This document shows positions 23,501 through 38,500 of a stretch of 64,000 nt of DNA, piece by piece. A program made the translations under genes and the position numbers. The DNA is from Nemertoderma westbladi (Eukaryota > Animalia > Xenacoelomorpha). Location of the stretch: the NCBI GenBank assembly GCA_032718475.1, contig JAUCBJ010007243.1:88079-152078 (forward strand), read 5' to 3'. The notes under the pieces are model-generated. The model saw nothing but the letters and a program-made list of their open reading frames with translations, had not been told where the DNA came from and did not search any database. Positions within the stretch are counted from its first letter, which is position 1; every line of letters starts with the position of its first letter.

Positions 23501-26500
23501 ACAGTCCAGGTATGTTCTATTGGACAGTCCAGGTATGTTGTATTGTTCAGTCCAGGTATGTTCTATTGGACAGTCCAGGTATGTTGTATTGTACAGTCCA
23601 GGTATGTTGTATTGGTCAGTCCAGGTATGTTGTATTGTTCAGTCCAGGTATGTTCTATTGGACAGTCCAGGTATGTCCTATTGGACAGTCCAGGTATGTT
23701 CTATTGGACAGTCCAAGTATGTTGTATTGTTCAGTCCAGGTATGTTCTATTGGACAGTCCAGGTATGTTCTATTGGACAGTCCAGGTATGTTCTATTGGA
23801 CAGTCCAGGTATGTTGTATTGGACAGTCCAGGTATGTCCTATTGGACAGTCCAGGTATGTTCTATTGGACAGTCCAAGTATGTTGTATTGTTCAGTCCAG
23901 GTATGTTCTATTGGACAGTCCAGGTATGTTGTATTGTTCAGTCCAGGTATGTTGTATTGGACAGTCCAGGTATGTCCTATTGGACAGTCCAGGTATGTTC
24001 TATTGGACAGTCCAGGTATGTTGTATTGTTCAGTCCAGGTATGTTCTATTGGACAGTCCAGGTATGTTCTATTAGACAGTCCAGGTATGTTGTATTGTTC
24101 AGTCCAGGTATGTTCTATTGGACAGTCCAGGTATGTTGTATTGTTCAGTCCAGGTATGTTGTATTGGACAGTCCAGGTATGTCCTATTGGACAGTCCAGG
24201 TATGTTCTATTGGACAGTCCAAGTATGTTGTATTGTTCAGTCCAGGTATGTTCTATTGGACAGTCCAGGTATGTTCTATTGGACAGTCCAGGTATGTTGT
24301 ATTGTTCAGTCCAGGTATGTTGTATTGTTCAGTCCAGGTATGTTCTATTGGACAGTCCAGGTATGTTCTATTGGACAGTCCAGGTATGTTGTATTGGACA
24401 GTCCAGGTATGTTGTATTGTTCAGTCCAGGTATGTTCTATTGGACAGTCCAGGTATGTTGTATTGGACAGTCCAGGTATGTTCTATTGGACAGTCCAGGT
24501 ATGTTGTATTGGACAGTCCAGGTATGTTGTATTGTTCAGTCCAGGTATGTTCTATTGGACAGTCCAGGTATGTTGTATTGGACAGTCCAGGTATGTTCTA
24601 TTGGACAGTCCAGGTATGTTCTATTGGACAGTCCAGGTATGTTGTATTGGACAGTCCAGGTATGTTGTATTGTTCAGTCCAGGTATGTTCTATTGGACAG
24701 TCCAGGTATGTTGTATTGGACAGTCCAGGTATGTTGTATTGGACAGTCCAGGTATGTTGTATTGGACAGTCCAGGTATGTTCTATTGGACAGTCCAGTCA
24801 GGTATGTCTATTGGACAGTCCAGGTATGTTGTATTGGACAGTCCAGGTAGGTTGTATTGTTCAGTCCAGGTATGTTGTATTGTTCAGTCCAGGTATGTTC
24901 TATTGGACAGTCCAGGTATGTTGTATTGGACAGTCCAGGTATGTCCTATTGGACAGTCCAGGTATGTTCTATTGGACAGTCCAGGTATGTTGTATTGGAC
25001 AGTCCAGGTATGTTCTATTGGACAGTCCAGGTATGTTGTATTGTTCAGTCCAGGTATGTTCTATTGGACAGTCCAGGTATGTTGTATTGGACAGTCCAGG
25101 TATGTTCTATTGGACAGTCCAGTTCAGGTATGTCCTATTGGACAGTCCAGGTATGTTGTATTGGACAGTCCAGGTAGGTTGTATTGTTCAGTCCAGGTAT
25201 GTTGTATTGTTCAGTCCAGGTATGTTCTATTGGACAGTCCAGGTATGTTGTATTGGACAGTCCAGGTATGTCCTATTGGACAGTCCAGGTATGTTCTATT
25301 GGACAGTCCAGGTATGTTGTATTGGACAGTCCAGGTATGTTCTATTGGACAGTCCAGGTATGTTGTATTGGACAGTCCAGGTATGTTGTATTGTTCAGTC
25401 CAGGTATGTTCTATTGGACAGTCCAGGTATGTTCTATTGGACAGTCCAGGTATGTTGTATTGGACAGTCCAGGTATGTTCTATTGGACAGTCCAGGTATG
25501 TTGTATTGGACAGTCCAGGTATGTTCTATTGGACAGTCCAGGTATGTTCTATTGGACAGTCCAGGTATGTTCTATTGGACAGTCCAGGTATGTTGTATTG
25601 GACAGTCCAGGTATGTTCTATTGGACAGTCCAGTTCAGGTATGTCCTATTGGACAGTCCAGGTATGTTGTATTGTTCAGTCCAGGTATGTTCTATTGTTC
25701 AGTCCAGGTATGTTCTATTGGACAGTCCAGGTATGTTCTATTGGACAGTCCAGGTATGTTATATTGTTCAGTCCAGGTATGTTCTATTGGACAGTCCAGG
25801 TATGTTGTATTGGACAGTCCAGGTATGTTCTATTGGACAGTCCAGTTCAGGTATGTCCTATTGGACAGTCCAGGTATGTTGTATTGGACAGTCCAGGTAG
25901 GTTGTATTGTTCAGTCCAGGTATGTTCTATTGGACAGTCCAGGTATGTTGTATTGGACAGTCCAGGTAGGTTGTATTGTTCAGTCCAGGTATGTTGTATT
26001 GGACAATCCAGGTATGTTCTATTGGACAGTCCAGGTATGTTGTATTGGACAGTCCAGGTAGGTTGTATTGTTCAGTCCAGGTATGTTGTATTGTTCAATC
26101 CAGGTATGTTCTATTGGACAGTCCAGGTAGGTTGTATTGTTCAGTCCAGGTATGTTGTATTGTTCAGTCCAGGTATGTTCTATTGGACAGTCCAGGTATG
26201 TTGTATTGGACAGTCCAGGTATGTTCTATTGGACAGTCCAGGTATGTTGTATTGGACAGTCCAGGTATGTCCTATTGGACAGTCCAGGTATGTTGTATTG
26301 GACAGTCCAGGTATGTCCTATTGGACAGTCCAGGTATGTTGTATTGTTCAGTCCAGGTATGTTCTATTGGACAGTCCAAGTATGTTGTATTGTTCAGTCC
26401 AGGTATGTTGTATTGGACAGTCCAGGTATGTCCTATTGGACAGTCCAGGTATGTTCTATTGGACAGTCCAGGTATGTTCTATTGTTCAGTCCAGGTATGT

Positions 26501-29500
26501 TCTATTGGACAGTCCAGGTATGTTGTATTGGACAGTCCAAGTATGTTGTATTGTTCAGTCCAGGTATGTTGTATTGGACAGTCCAGGTATGTCCTATTGG
26601 ACAGTCCAGGTATGTTCTATTGGACAGTCCAGGTATGTTCTATTGTTCAGTCCAGGTATGTTCTATTGTTCAGTCCAGGTATGTTGTATTGGACAGTCCA
26701 GGTATGTCCTATTGGACAGTCCAGGTATGTCCTATTGGACAGTCCAGGTATGTTATATTGGACAGTCCAGGTATGTTGTATTGTTCAATCCAGGTATGTT
26801 GTATTGGACAGTCCAGGTATGTTCTATTGGACAGTCCAGGTATGTTATATTGGACAGTCCAGGTATGTTCTATTGGACAGTCCAGGTATGTTGTATTGTT
26901 CAGTCCAGGTATGTTGTATTGTTCAGTCCAGGTATGTTGTATTGGACAGTCCAGGTATGTTGTATTGTTCAATCCAGGTATGTTCTATTGGACAGTCCAG
27001 GTATGTTGTATTGGACAGTCCAGGTATGTTGTATTGTTCAGTCCAGGTATGTTATATTGGACAGTCCAGGTATGTTGTATTGGACAGTCCAGGTATGTTG
27101 TATTGTTCAGTCCAGGTATGTTCTATTGGACAGTCCAGGTATGTTGTATTGGACAGTCCAGGTATGTTCTATTGGACAGTCCAGGTATGTTCTATTGGAC
27201 AGTCCAGGTATGTTATATTGGACAGTCCAGGTATGTTCTATTGGACAGTCCAGGTATGTTATATTGGACAGTCCAGGTATGTTCTATTGGACAGTCCAGG
27301 TATGTTGTATTGTTCAGTCCAGGTATGTTGTATTGTTCAGTCCAGGTATGTTGTATTGTTCAGTCCAGGTATGTTGTATTGTTCAGTCCAGGTATGTTCT
27401 ATTGGACAGTCCAGGTATGTTCTATTGGACAGTCCAGGTATGTTATATTGGACAGTCCAGGTATGTTCTATTGGACAGTCCAGGTATGTTGTATTGTTCA
27501 GTCCAGGTATGTTGTATTGTTCAGTCCAGGTATGTTCTATTGGACAGTCCAGGTATGTTGTATTGGACAATCCAGGTATGTTGTATTGGACAGTCCAGGT
27601 ATGTTCTATTGGACAGTCCAGGTATGTTGTATTGTTCAGTCCAGGTATGTTGTATTGGACAGTCCAGGTAGGTTGTATTGTTCAGTCCAGGTATGTTGTA
27701 TTGTTCAATCCAGGTATGTTCTATTGGACAGTCCAGGTATGTTGTATTGGACAGTCCAGGTATGTTGTATTGGACAGTCCAGGTATGTTCTATTGGACAG
27801 TCCAGGTATGTTATATTGTTCAGTCCAGGTATGTTGTATTGGACAGTCCAGGTATGTTGTATTGGACAGTCCAGGTATGTTGTATTGGACAGTCCAGGTA
27901 TGTTGTATTGGACAGTCCAGGTATGTTCTATTGGACAGTCCAGGTATGTTGTATTGTTCAGTCCAGGTATGTTCTATTGGACAGTCCAGGTATGTTATAT
28001 TGTTCAGTCCAGGTATGTTGTATTGTTCAATCCAGGTATGTTCTATTGGACAGTCCAGGTATGTTGTATTGTTCAGTCCAGGTATGTTATATTGTTCAGT
28101 CCAGGTATGTTGTATTGTTCAATCCAGGTATGTTCTATTGGACAGTCCAGGTATGTTGTATTGTTCAGTCCAGGTATGTTATATTGTTCAGTCCAGGTAT
28201 GTTCTATTGGACAGTCCAGGTATGTTGTATTGGACAGTCCAGGTATGTTGTATTGGACAGTCCAGGTATGTTGTATTGGACAGTCCAGGTATGTTCTATT
28301 GGACAGTCCAGGTATGTTGTATTGTTCAGTCCAGGTATGTTATATTGTTCAGTCCAGGTATGTTGTATTGTTCAATCCAGGTATGTTCTATTGGACAGTC
28401 CAGGTATGTTGTATTGTTCAGTCCAGGTATGTTGTATTGTTCAATCCAGGTATGTTCTATTGGACAGTCCAGGTATGTTGTATTGTTCAGTCCAGGTATG
28501 TTGTATTGGACAGTCCAGGTATGTTGTATTGTTCAGTCCAGGTATGTTGTATTGTTCAGTCCAGGTATGTTCTATTGGACAGTCCAGGTATGTTGTATTG
28601 TTCAGTCCAGGTATGTTGTATTGGACAGTCCAGGTATGTTGTATTGTTCAGTCCAGGTATGTTGTATTGTTCAGTCCAGGTATGTTGTATTGTTCAATCC
28701 AGGTATGTTCTATTGGACAGTCCAGGTATGTTCTATTGGACAGTCCAGGTATGTTGTATTGGACAGTCCAGGTATGTTGTATTGTTCAGTCCAGGTATGT
28801 TCTATTGGACAGTCCAGGTATGTTGTATTGGACAGTCCATGTATGTTGTATTGTTCAATCCAGGTATGTTCTATTGGACAGTCCAGGTATGTTGTATTGT
28901 TCAGTCCAGGTATGTTCTATTGGACAGTCCAGGTATGTTGTATTGGACAGTCCATGTATGTTGTATTGTTCAGTCCAGGTATGTTCTATTGGACAGTCCA
29001 GGTATGTTGTATTGGACAGTCCAGGTATGTTCTATTGGACAGTCCAGGTATGTTCTATTGGACAGTCCAGGTATGTTGTATTGTTCAGTCCAGGTATGTT
29101 CTATTGGACAGTCCAGGTATGTTCTATTGGACAGTCCAGGTATGTTCTATTGGACAGTCCAGGTAGGTTGTATTGGACAGTCCAGGTATGTTATATTGTT
29201 CAGTCCAGGTATGTTGTATTGTTCAGTCCAGGTATGTTGTATTGTTCAGTCCAGGTATGTTCTATTGGACAGTCCAGGTATGTTGTATTGGACAGTCCAT
29301 GTATGTTGTATTGTTCAGTCCAGGTATGTTCTATTGGACAGTCCAGGTATGTTGTATTGTTCAGTCCAGGTATGTTCTATTGGACAGTCCAGGTATGTTG
29401 TATTGTTCAATCCAGGTATGTTCTATTGGACAGTCCAGGTATGTTGTATTGTTCAGTCCAGGTATGTTCTATTGGACAGTCCAGGTATGTTGTATTGTTC

Positions 29501-32500
29501 AGTCCAGGTATGTTCTATTGGACAGTCCAGGTATGTTGTATTGGACAGTCCATGTATGTTGTATTGTTCAATCCAGGTATGTTCTATTGGACAGTCCAGG
29601 TATGTTGTATTGTTCAGTCCAGGTATGTTCTATTGGACAGTCCAGGTATGTTGTATTGGACAGTCCATGTATGTTGTATTGGACAATCCAGGTATGTTGT
29701 ATTGTTCAGGCCAGGTATGTTGTATTGTTCAATCCAGGTATGTTCTATTGGACAGTCCAGGTATGTTGTATTGGACAGTCCAGGTATGTTCTATTGGACA
29801 GTCCAGGTATGTTGTATTGGACAGTCCATGTATGTTGTATTGTTCAGGCCAGGTATGTTGTATTGTTCAATCCAGGTATGTTCTATTGGACAGTCCAGGT
29901 ATGTTGTATTGGACAGTCCAGGTATGTTCTATTGGACAGTCCAGGTATGTTGTATTGGACAGTCCATGTATGTTGTATTGTTCAATCCAGGTATGTTCTA
30001 TTGGACAGTCCAGGTATGTTGTATTGTTCAGTCCAGGTATGTTCTATTGGACAGTCCAGGTATGTTGTATTGGACAGTCCAGGTATGTTGTATTGTTCAA
30101 TCCAGGTATGTTCTATTGGACAGTCCAGGTATGTTGTATTGTTCAGTCCAGGTATGTTCTATTGGACAGTCCAGGTATGTTGTATTGGACAGTCCATGTA
30201 TGTTGTATTGTTCAATCCAGGTATGTTCTATTGGACAGTCCAGGTATGTTGTATTGGACAGTCCAGGTATGTTCTATTGGACAGTCCAGGTATGTTGTAT
30301 TGGACAGTCCATGTATGTTGTATTGGACAGTCCAGGTATGTTGTATTGGACAGTCCAGGTATGTTGTATTGTTCAATCCAGGTATGTTCTATTGGACAGT
30401 CCAGGTATGTTGTATTGGACAGTCCATGTATGTTGTATTGGACAGTCCAGGTATGTTGTATTGGACAGTCCATGTATGTTCTATTGGACAGTCCAGGTAT
30501 GTTGTATTGGACAGTCCATGTATGTTGTATTGGACAGTCCAGGTATGTTGTATTGGACAGTCCATGTATGTTCTATTGGACAGTCCAGGTATGTTGTATT
30601 GGACAATCCATGTATGTTGTATTGGACAGTCCAGGTATGTTGTATTGGACAGTCCATGTATGTTGTATTGGACAGTCCAGGTATGTTGTATTGGACAGTC
30701 CAGGTATGTTGTATTGTTCAATCCAGGTATGTTCTATTGGACAGTCCAGGTATGTTGTATTGGACAGTCCAGGTATGTTGTATTGTTCAATCCAGGTATG
30801 TTCTATTGGACAGTCCAGGTATGTTGTATTGGACAGTCCAGGTATGTTCTATTGGACAGTCCAGGTATGTTGTATTGGACAGTCCAGGTATGTTGTATTG
30901 TTCAATCCAGGTATGTTCTATTGGACAGTCCAGGTATGTTGTATTGGACAGTCCATGTATGTTGTATTGGACAGTCCAGGTATGTTGTATTGGACAGTCC
31001 ATGTATGTTCTATTGGACAGTCCAGGTATGTTGTATTGGACAGTCCATGTATGTTGTATTGGACAGTCCAGGTATGTTGTATTGGACAGTCCATGTATGT
31101 TCTATTGGACAGTCCAGGTATGTTGTATTGGACAGTCCATGTATGTTGTATTGGACAGTCCAGGTATGTTGTATTGGACAGTCCATGTATGTTGTATTGG
31201 ACAGTCCAGGTATGTTGTATTGGACAGTCCAGGTATGTTGTATTGTTCAATCCAGGTATGTTCTATTGGACAGTCCAGGTATGTTGTATTGGACAGTCCA
31301 GGTATGTTGTATTGTTCAATCCAGGTATGTTCTATTGTTCAGTCCAGGTATGTTCTATTGGACAGTCCAGGTATGTTGTATTGGACAGTCCATGTATGTT
31401 GTATTGTTCAATCCAGGTATGTTCTATTGGACAGTCCAGGTATGTTGTATTGGACAGTCCAGGTATGTTCTATTGTTCAGTCCAGGTATGTTCTATTGGA
31501 CAGTCCAGGTATGTTGTATTGGACAGTCCAGGTATGTTCTATTGTTCAGTCCAGGTATGTTCTATTGGACAGTCCAGGTATGTTGTATTGGACAGTCCAG
31601 GTATGTTCTATTGTTCAGTCCAGGTATGTTCTATTGGACAGTCCAGGTATGTTGTATTGGACAGTCCATGTATGTTGTATTGTTCAATCCAGGTATGTTC
31701 TATTGGACAGTCCAGGTATGTTGTATTGGACAGTCCAGGTATGTTCTATTGTTCAGTCCAGGTATGTTCTATTGGACAGTCCAGGTATGTTGTATTGGAC
31801 AGTCCAGGTATGTTCTATTGGACAGTCCAGGTATGTTGTATTGTTCAGTCCAGGTATGTTGTATTGGACAGTCCAGGTATGTTCTATTAGACAGTCCAGG
31901 TATGTTCTATTGTTCAGTCCAGGTATGTTCTATTGGACAGTCCAGGTATGTTGTATTGGACAGTCCATGTATGTTGTATTGTTCAATCCAGGTATGTTCT
32001 ATTGGACAGTCCAGGTATGTTGTATTGGACAGTCCAGGTATGTTCTATTGTTCAGTCCAGGTATGTTCTATTGGACAGTCCAGGTATGTTGTATTGGACA
32101 GTCCAGGTATGTTCTATTGGACAGTCCAGGTATGTTGTATTGGACAGTCCAGGTATGTTGTATTGGACAGTCCAGGTATGTTGTATTGGACAGTCCAGGT
32201 ATGTTCTATTGGACAGTCCAGGTATGTTGTATTGGACAGTCCAGGTATGTTCTATTAGACAGTCCAGGTATGTTCTATTGTTCAGTCCAGGTATGTTCTA
32301 TTGGACAGTCCAGGTATGTTGTATTGGACAGTCCATGTATGTTGTATTGTTCAATCCAGGTATGTTCTATTGGACAGTCCAGGTATGTTGTATTGGACAG
32401 TCCAGGTATGTTCTATTGTTCAGTCCAGGTATGTTCTATTGGACAGTCCAGGTATGTTGTATTGGACAGTCCAGGTATGTTCTATTGGACAGTCCAGGTA

Positions 32501-35500
32501 TGTTGTATTGTTCAGTCCAGGTATGTTGTATTGGACAGTCCAGGTATGTTCTATTAGACAGTCCAGGTATGTTCTATTGTTCAGTCCAGGTATGTTCTAT
32601 TGGACAGTCCAGGTATGTTGTATTGGACAGTCCATGTATGTTGTATTGTTCAATCCAGGTATGTTCTATTGGACAGTCCAGGTATGTTGTATTGGACAGT
32701 CCAGGTATGTTCTATTGTTCAGTCCAGGTATGTTCTATTGGACAGTCCAAGTATGTTGTATTGTTCAATCCAGGTATGTTCTATTGGACAGTCCAGGTAT
32801 GTTGTATTGTTCAGTCCAGGTATGTTGTATTGTTCAGTCCAGGTATGTTCTATTGGACAGTCCAGGTATGTTGTATTGTTCAATCCAGGTATGTTCTATT
32901 GTTCAGTCCAGGTATGTTCTATTGGACAGTCCAAGTATGTTGTATTGTTCAATCCAGGTATGTTCTATTGGACAGTCCAGGTATGTTGTATTGTTCAGTC
33001 CAGGTATGTTGTATTGTTCAATCCAGGTATGTTCTATTGGACAGTCCAGGTATGTTGTATTGTTCAGTCCAGGTATGTTGTATTGTTCAGTCCAGGTATG
33101 TTCTATTGGACAGTCCAGGTATGTTGTATTGGACAGTCCATGTATGTTGTATTGTTCAATCCAGGTATGTTCTATTGGACAGTCCAGGTATGTTGTATTG
33201 GACAGTCCAAGTATGTTGTATTGTTCAATCCAGGTATGTTCTATTGGACAGTCCAAGTATGTTGTATTGTTCAATCCAGGTATGTTCTATTGGACAGTCC
33301 AGGTATGTTGTATTGTTCAATCCAGGTATGTTCTATTGGACAGTCCAGGTATGTTGTATTGTTCAGTCCAGGTATGTTCTATTGGACAGTCCAGGTATGT
33401 TGTATTGGACAGTCCATGTATGTTGTATTGTTCAATCCAGGTATGTTCTATTGGACAGTCCAGGTATGTTGTATTGTTCAGTCCAGGTATGTTCTATTGG
33501 ACAGTCCAGGTATGTTGTATTGGACAGTCCATGTATGTTGTATTGTTCAATCCAGGTATGTTCTATTGGACAGTCCAGGTATGTTGTATTGGACAGTCCA
33601 GGTATGTTGTATTGGACAGTCCAGGTATGTTCTATTGGACAGTCCAAGTATGTTGTATTGTTCAATCCAGGTATGTTCTATTGGACAGTCCAGGTATGTT
33701 GTATTGTTCAGTCCAGGTATGTTGTATTGGACAGTCCAGGTATGTTGTATTGTTCAGTCCAGGTATGTTGTATTGGACAATCCAGGTATGTTGTATTGTT
33801 CAGTCCAGGTATGTTGTATTGGACAGTCCATGTATGTTGTATTGTTCAATCCAGGTATGTTCTATTGGACAGTCCAAGTATGTTGTATTGTTCAATCCAG
33901 GTATGTTCTATTGGACAGTCCAGGTATGTTGTATTGTTCAATCCAGGTATGTTCTATTGGACAGTCCAAGTATGTTGTATTGTTCAATCCAGGTATGTTC
34001 TATTGGACAGTCCAGGTATGTTGTATTGTTCAATCCAGGTATGTTCTATTGGACAGTCCAGGTATGTTGTATTGTTCAGTCCAGGTATGTTGTATTGGAC
34101 AGTCCATGTATGTTGTATTGTTCAATCCAGGTATGTTCTATTGGACAGTCCAAGTATGTTGTATTGTTCAATCCAGGTATGTTCTATTGGACAGTCCAGG
34201 TATGTTGTATTGTTCAATCCAGGTATGTTCTATTGGACAGTCCAGGTATGTTGTATTGTTCAGTCCAGGTATGTTCTATTGGACAGTCCAGGTATGTTGT
34301 ATTGGACAGTCCAGGTATGTTGTATTGTTCAATCCAGGTATGTTCTATTGGACAGTCCAGGTATGTTGTATTGTTCAGTCCAGGTATGTTCTATTGGACA
34401 GTCCAGGTATGTTGTATTGGACAGTCCATGTATGTTGTATTGTTCAATCCAGGTATGTTCTATTGGACAGTCCAGGTATGTTGTATTGTTCAGTCCAGGT
34501 ATGTTCTATTGGACAGTCCAGGTATGTTGTATTGGACAGTCCATGTATGTTGTATTGTTCAATCCAGGTATGTTCTATTGGACAGTCCAGGTATGTTGTA
34601 TTGGACAGTCCAGGTATGTTCTATTGGACAGTCCAGGTATGTTGTATTGGACAGTCCATGTATGTTGTATTGTTCAATCCAGGTATGTTCTATTGGACAG
34701 TCCAGGTATGTTGTATTGTTCAGTCCAGGTATGTTCTATTGGACAGTCCAGGTATGTTGTATTGGACAGTCCAGGTATGTTGTATTGGACAATCCAGGTA
34801 TGTTCTATTGGACAGTCCATGTATGTTGTATTGTTCAATCCAGGTATGTTCTATTGGACAGTCCAGGTATGTTGTATTGGACAGTCCAGGTATGTTCTAT
34901 TGGACAGTCCAGGTATGTTGTATTGGACAGTCCATGTATGTTGTATTGTTCAATCCAGGTATGTTCTATTGGACAGTCCAGGTATGTTGTATTGTTCAGT
35001 CCAGGTATGTTCTATTGGACAGTCCAGGTATGTTGTATTGGACAGTCCAGGTATGTTGTATTGGACAATCCAGGTATGTTCTATTGGACAGTCCATGTAT
35101 GTTGTATTGTTCAATCCAGGTATGTTCTATTGGACAGTCCAGGTATGTTGTATTGGACAGTCCAGGTATGTTCTATTGGACAGTCCAGGTATGTTGTATT
35201 GGACAGTCCATGTATGTTGTATTGTTCAATCCAGGTATGTTCTATTGGACAGTCCAGGTATGTTGTATTGTTCAGTCCAGGTATGTTCTATTGGACAGTC
35301 CAGGTATGTTGTATTGTTCAATCCAGGTATGTTCTATTGGACAGTCCAGGTATGTTGTATTGGACAGTCCAGGTATGTTCTATTGGACAGTCCAGGTATG
35401 TTGTATTGGACAGTCCATGTATGTTGTATTGTTCAATCCAGGTATGTTCTATTGGACAGTCCAGGTATGTTGTATTGGACAGTCCATGTATGTTGTATTG

Positions 35501-38500
35501 TTCAATCCAGGTATGTTCTATTGGACAGTCCAGGTATGTTGTATTGTTCAGTCCAGGTATGTTCTATTGGACAGTCCAGGTATGTTGTATTGGACAGTCC
35601 AGGTATGTTGTATTGGACAATCCAGGTATGTTCTATTGGACAGTCCATGTATGTTGTATTGGACAGTCCAGGTATGTTCTATTGGACAGTCCAGGTATGT
35701 TGTATTGGACAGTCCAGGTATGTTCTATTGGACAGTCCAGGTATGTTGTATTGGACAGTCCATGTATGTTGTATTGTTCAATCCAGGTATGTTCTATTGG
35801 ACAGTCCAGGTATGTTGTATTGTTCAGTCCAGGTATGTTCTATTGGACAGTCCAGGTATGTTGTATTGGACAGTCCAGGTATGTTGTATTGGACAATCCA
35901 GGTATGTTCTATTGGACAGTCCATGTATGTTGTATTGTTCAATCCAGGTATGTTCTATTGGACAGTCCAGGTATGTTGTATTGGACAGTCCAGGTATGTT
36001 CTATTGGACAGTCCAGGTATGTTGTATTGGACAGTCCATGTATGTTGTATTGTTCAATCCAGGTATGTTCTATTGGACAGTCCAGGTATGTTGTATTGTT
36101 CAGTCCAGGTATGTTCTATTGGACAGTCCAGGTATGTTGTATTGTTCAGTCCAGGTATGTTCTATTGGACAGTCCAGGTATGTTGTATTGGACAGTCCAT
36201 GTATGTTGTATTGTTCAATCCAGGTATGTTCTATTGGACAGTCCAGGTATGTTGTATTGGACAGTCCAGGTATGTTCTATTGGACAGTCCAGGTATGTTG
36301 TATTGGACAGTCCATGTATGTTGTATTGTTCAATCCAGGTATGTTCTATTGGACAGTCCAGGTATGTTGTATTGTTCAGTCCAGGTATGTTCTATTGGAC
36401 AGTCCAGGTATGTTGTATTGGACAGTCCATGTATGTTGTATTGTTCAATCCAGGTATGTTCTATTGGACAGTCCAGGTATGTTGTATTGGACAGTCCAGG
36501 TATGTTCTATTGTTCAATCCAGGTATGTTCTATTGGACAGTCCAGGTATGTTGTATTGTTCAGTCCAGGTATGTTGTATTGGACAGTCCAGGTATGTTGT
36601 ATTGTTCAGTCCAGGTATGTTGTATTGTTCAGTCCAGGTATGTTGTATTGTTCAATCCAGGTATGTTCTATTGGACAGTCCAGGTATGTTGTATTGTTCA
36701 ATCCAGGTATGTTGTATTGTTCAGGCCAGGTATGTTGTATTGTTCAATCCAGGTATGTTCTATTGGACAGTCCAGGTATGTTGTATTGTTCAGTCCAGGT
36801 ATGTTCTATTGGACAGTCCAGGTATGTTGTATTGTTCAGTCCAGGTATGTTGTATTGGACAGTCCAGGTATGTTGTATTGTTCAGTCCAGGTATGTTGTA
36901 TTGTTCAGTCCAGGTATGTTGTATTGTTCAATCCAGGTATGTTCTATTGGACAGTCCAGGTATGTTGTATTGTTCAGTCCAGGTATGTTGTATTGGACAG
37001 TCCAGGTATGTTGTATTGTTCAGTCCAGGTATGTTGTATTGTTCAGTCCAGGTATGTTGTATTGTTCAATCCAGGTATGTTCTATTGGACAGTCCAGGTA
37101 TGTTGTATTGTTCAATCCAGGTATGTTGTATTGGACAGTCCAGGTATGTTCTATTGGACAGTCCAGGTATGTTGTATTGGACAGTCCAGGTATGTTCTAT
37201 TGGACAGTCCAGGTATGTTCTATTGGACAGTCCAGGTATGTTGTATTGTTCAGTCCAGGTATGTTGTATTGTTCAGTCCAGGTATGTTGTATTGTTCAAT
37301 CCAGGTATGTTCTATTGGACAGTCCAGGTATGTTGTATTGTTCAGTCCAGGTATGTTGTATTGGACAGTCCAGGTATGTTGTATTGTTCAGTCCAGGTAT
37401 GTTGTATTGTTCAGTCCAGGTATGTTGTATTGTTCAATCCAGGTATGTTCTATTGGACAGTCCAGGTATGTTGTATTGTTCAATCCAGGTATGTTGTATT
37501 GGACAGTCCAGGTATGTTCTATTGGACAGTCCAGGTATGTTCTATTGGACAGTCCAGGTATGTTGTATTGTTCAGGCCAGGTATGTTGTATTGTTCAATC
37601 CAGGTATGTTCTATTGGACAGTCCAGGTATGTTGTATTGTTCAGTCCAGGTATGTTCTATTGGACAGTCCAGGTATGTTGTATTGTTCAGGCCAGGTATG
37701 TTCTATTGGACAGTCCAGGTATGTTGTATTGTTCAGTCCAGGTATGTTGTATTGGACAGTCCAGGTATGTTGTATTGTTCAGTCCAGGTATGTTGTATTG
37801 GACAGTCCAGGTATGTTGTATTGGACAGTCCAGGTATGTTGTATTGGACAGTCCAGGTATGTTCTATTGTTCAATCCAGGTATGTTCTATTGGACAGTCC
37901 AGGTATGTTGTATTGGACAGTCCAGGTATGTTCTATTGGACAGTCCAGGTATGTTGTATTGGACAGTCCATGTATGTTGTATTGTTCAATCCAGGTATGT
38001 TCTATTGGACAGTCCAGGTATGTTGTATTGTTCAGTCCAGGTATGTTCTATTGGACAGTCCAGGTATGTTGTATTGGACAGTCCATGTATGTTGTATTGT
38101 TCAATCCAGGTATGTTCTATTGGACAGTCCAGGTATGTTGTATTGGACAGTCCAGGTATGTTCTATTGTTCAATCCAGGTATGTTCTATTGGACAGTCCA
38201 GGTATGTTGTATTGTTCAGTCCAGGTATGTTGTATTGGACAGTCCAGGTATGTTGTATTGTTCAGTCCAGGTATGTTGTATTGTTCAGTCCAGGTATGTT
38301 GTATTGTTCAATCCAGGTATGTTCTATTGGACAGTCCAGGTATGTTGTATTGTTCAATCCAGGTATGTTGTATTGTTCAGGCCAGGTATGTTGTATTGTT
38401 CAATCCAGGTATGTTCTATTGGACAGTCCAGGTATGTTGTATTGTTCAGTCCAGGTATGTTGTATTGTTCAATCCAGGTATGTTCTATTGGACAGTCCAG

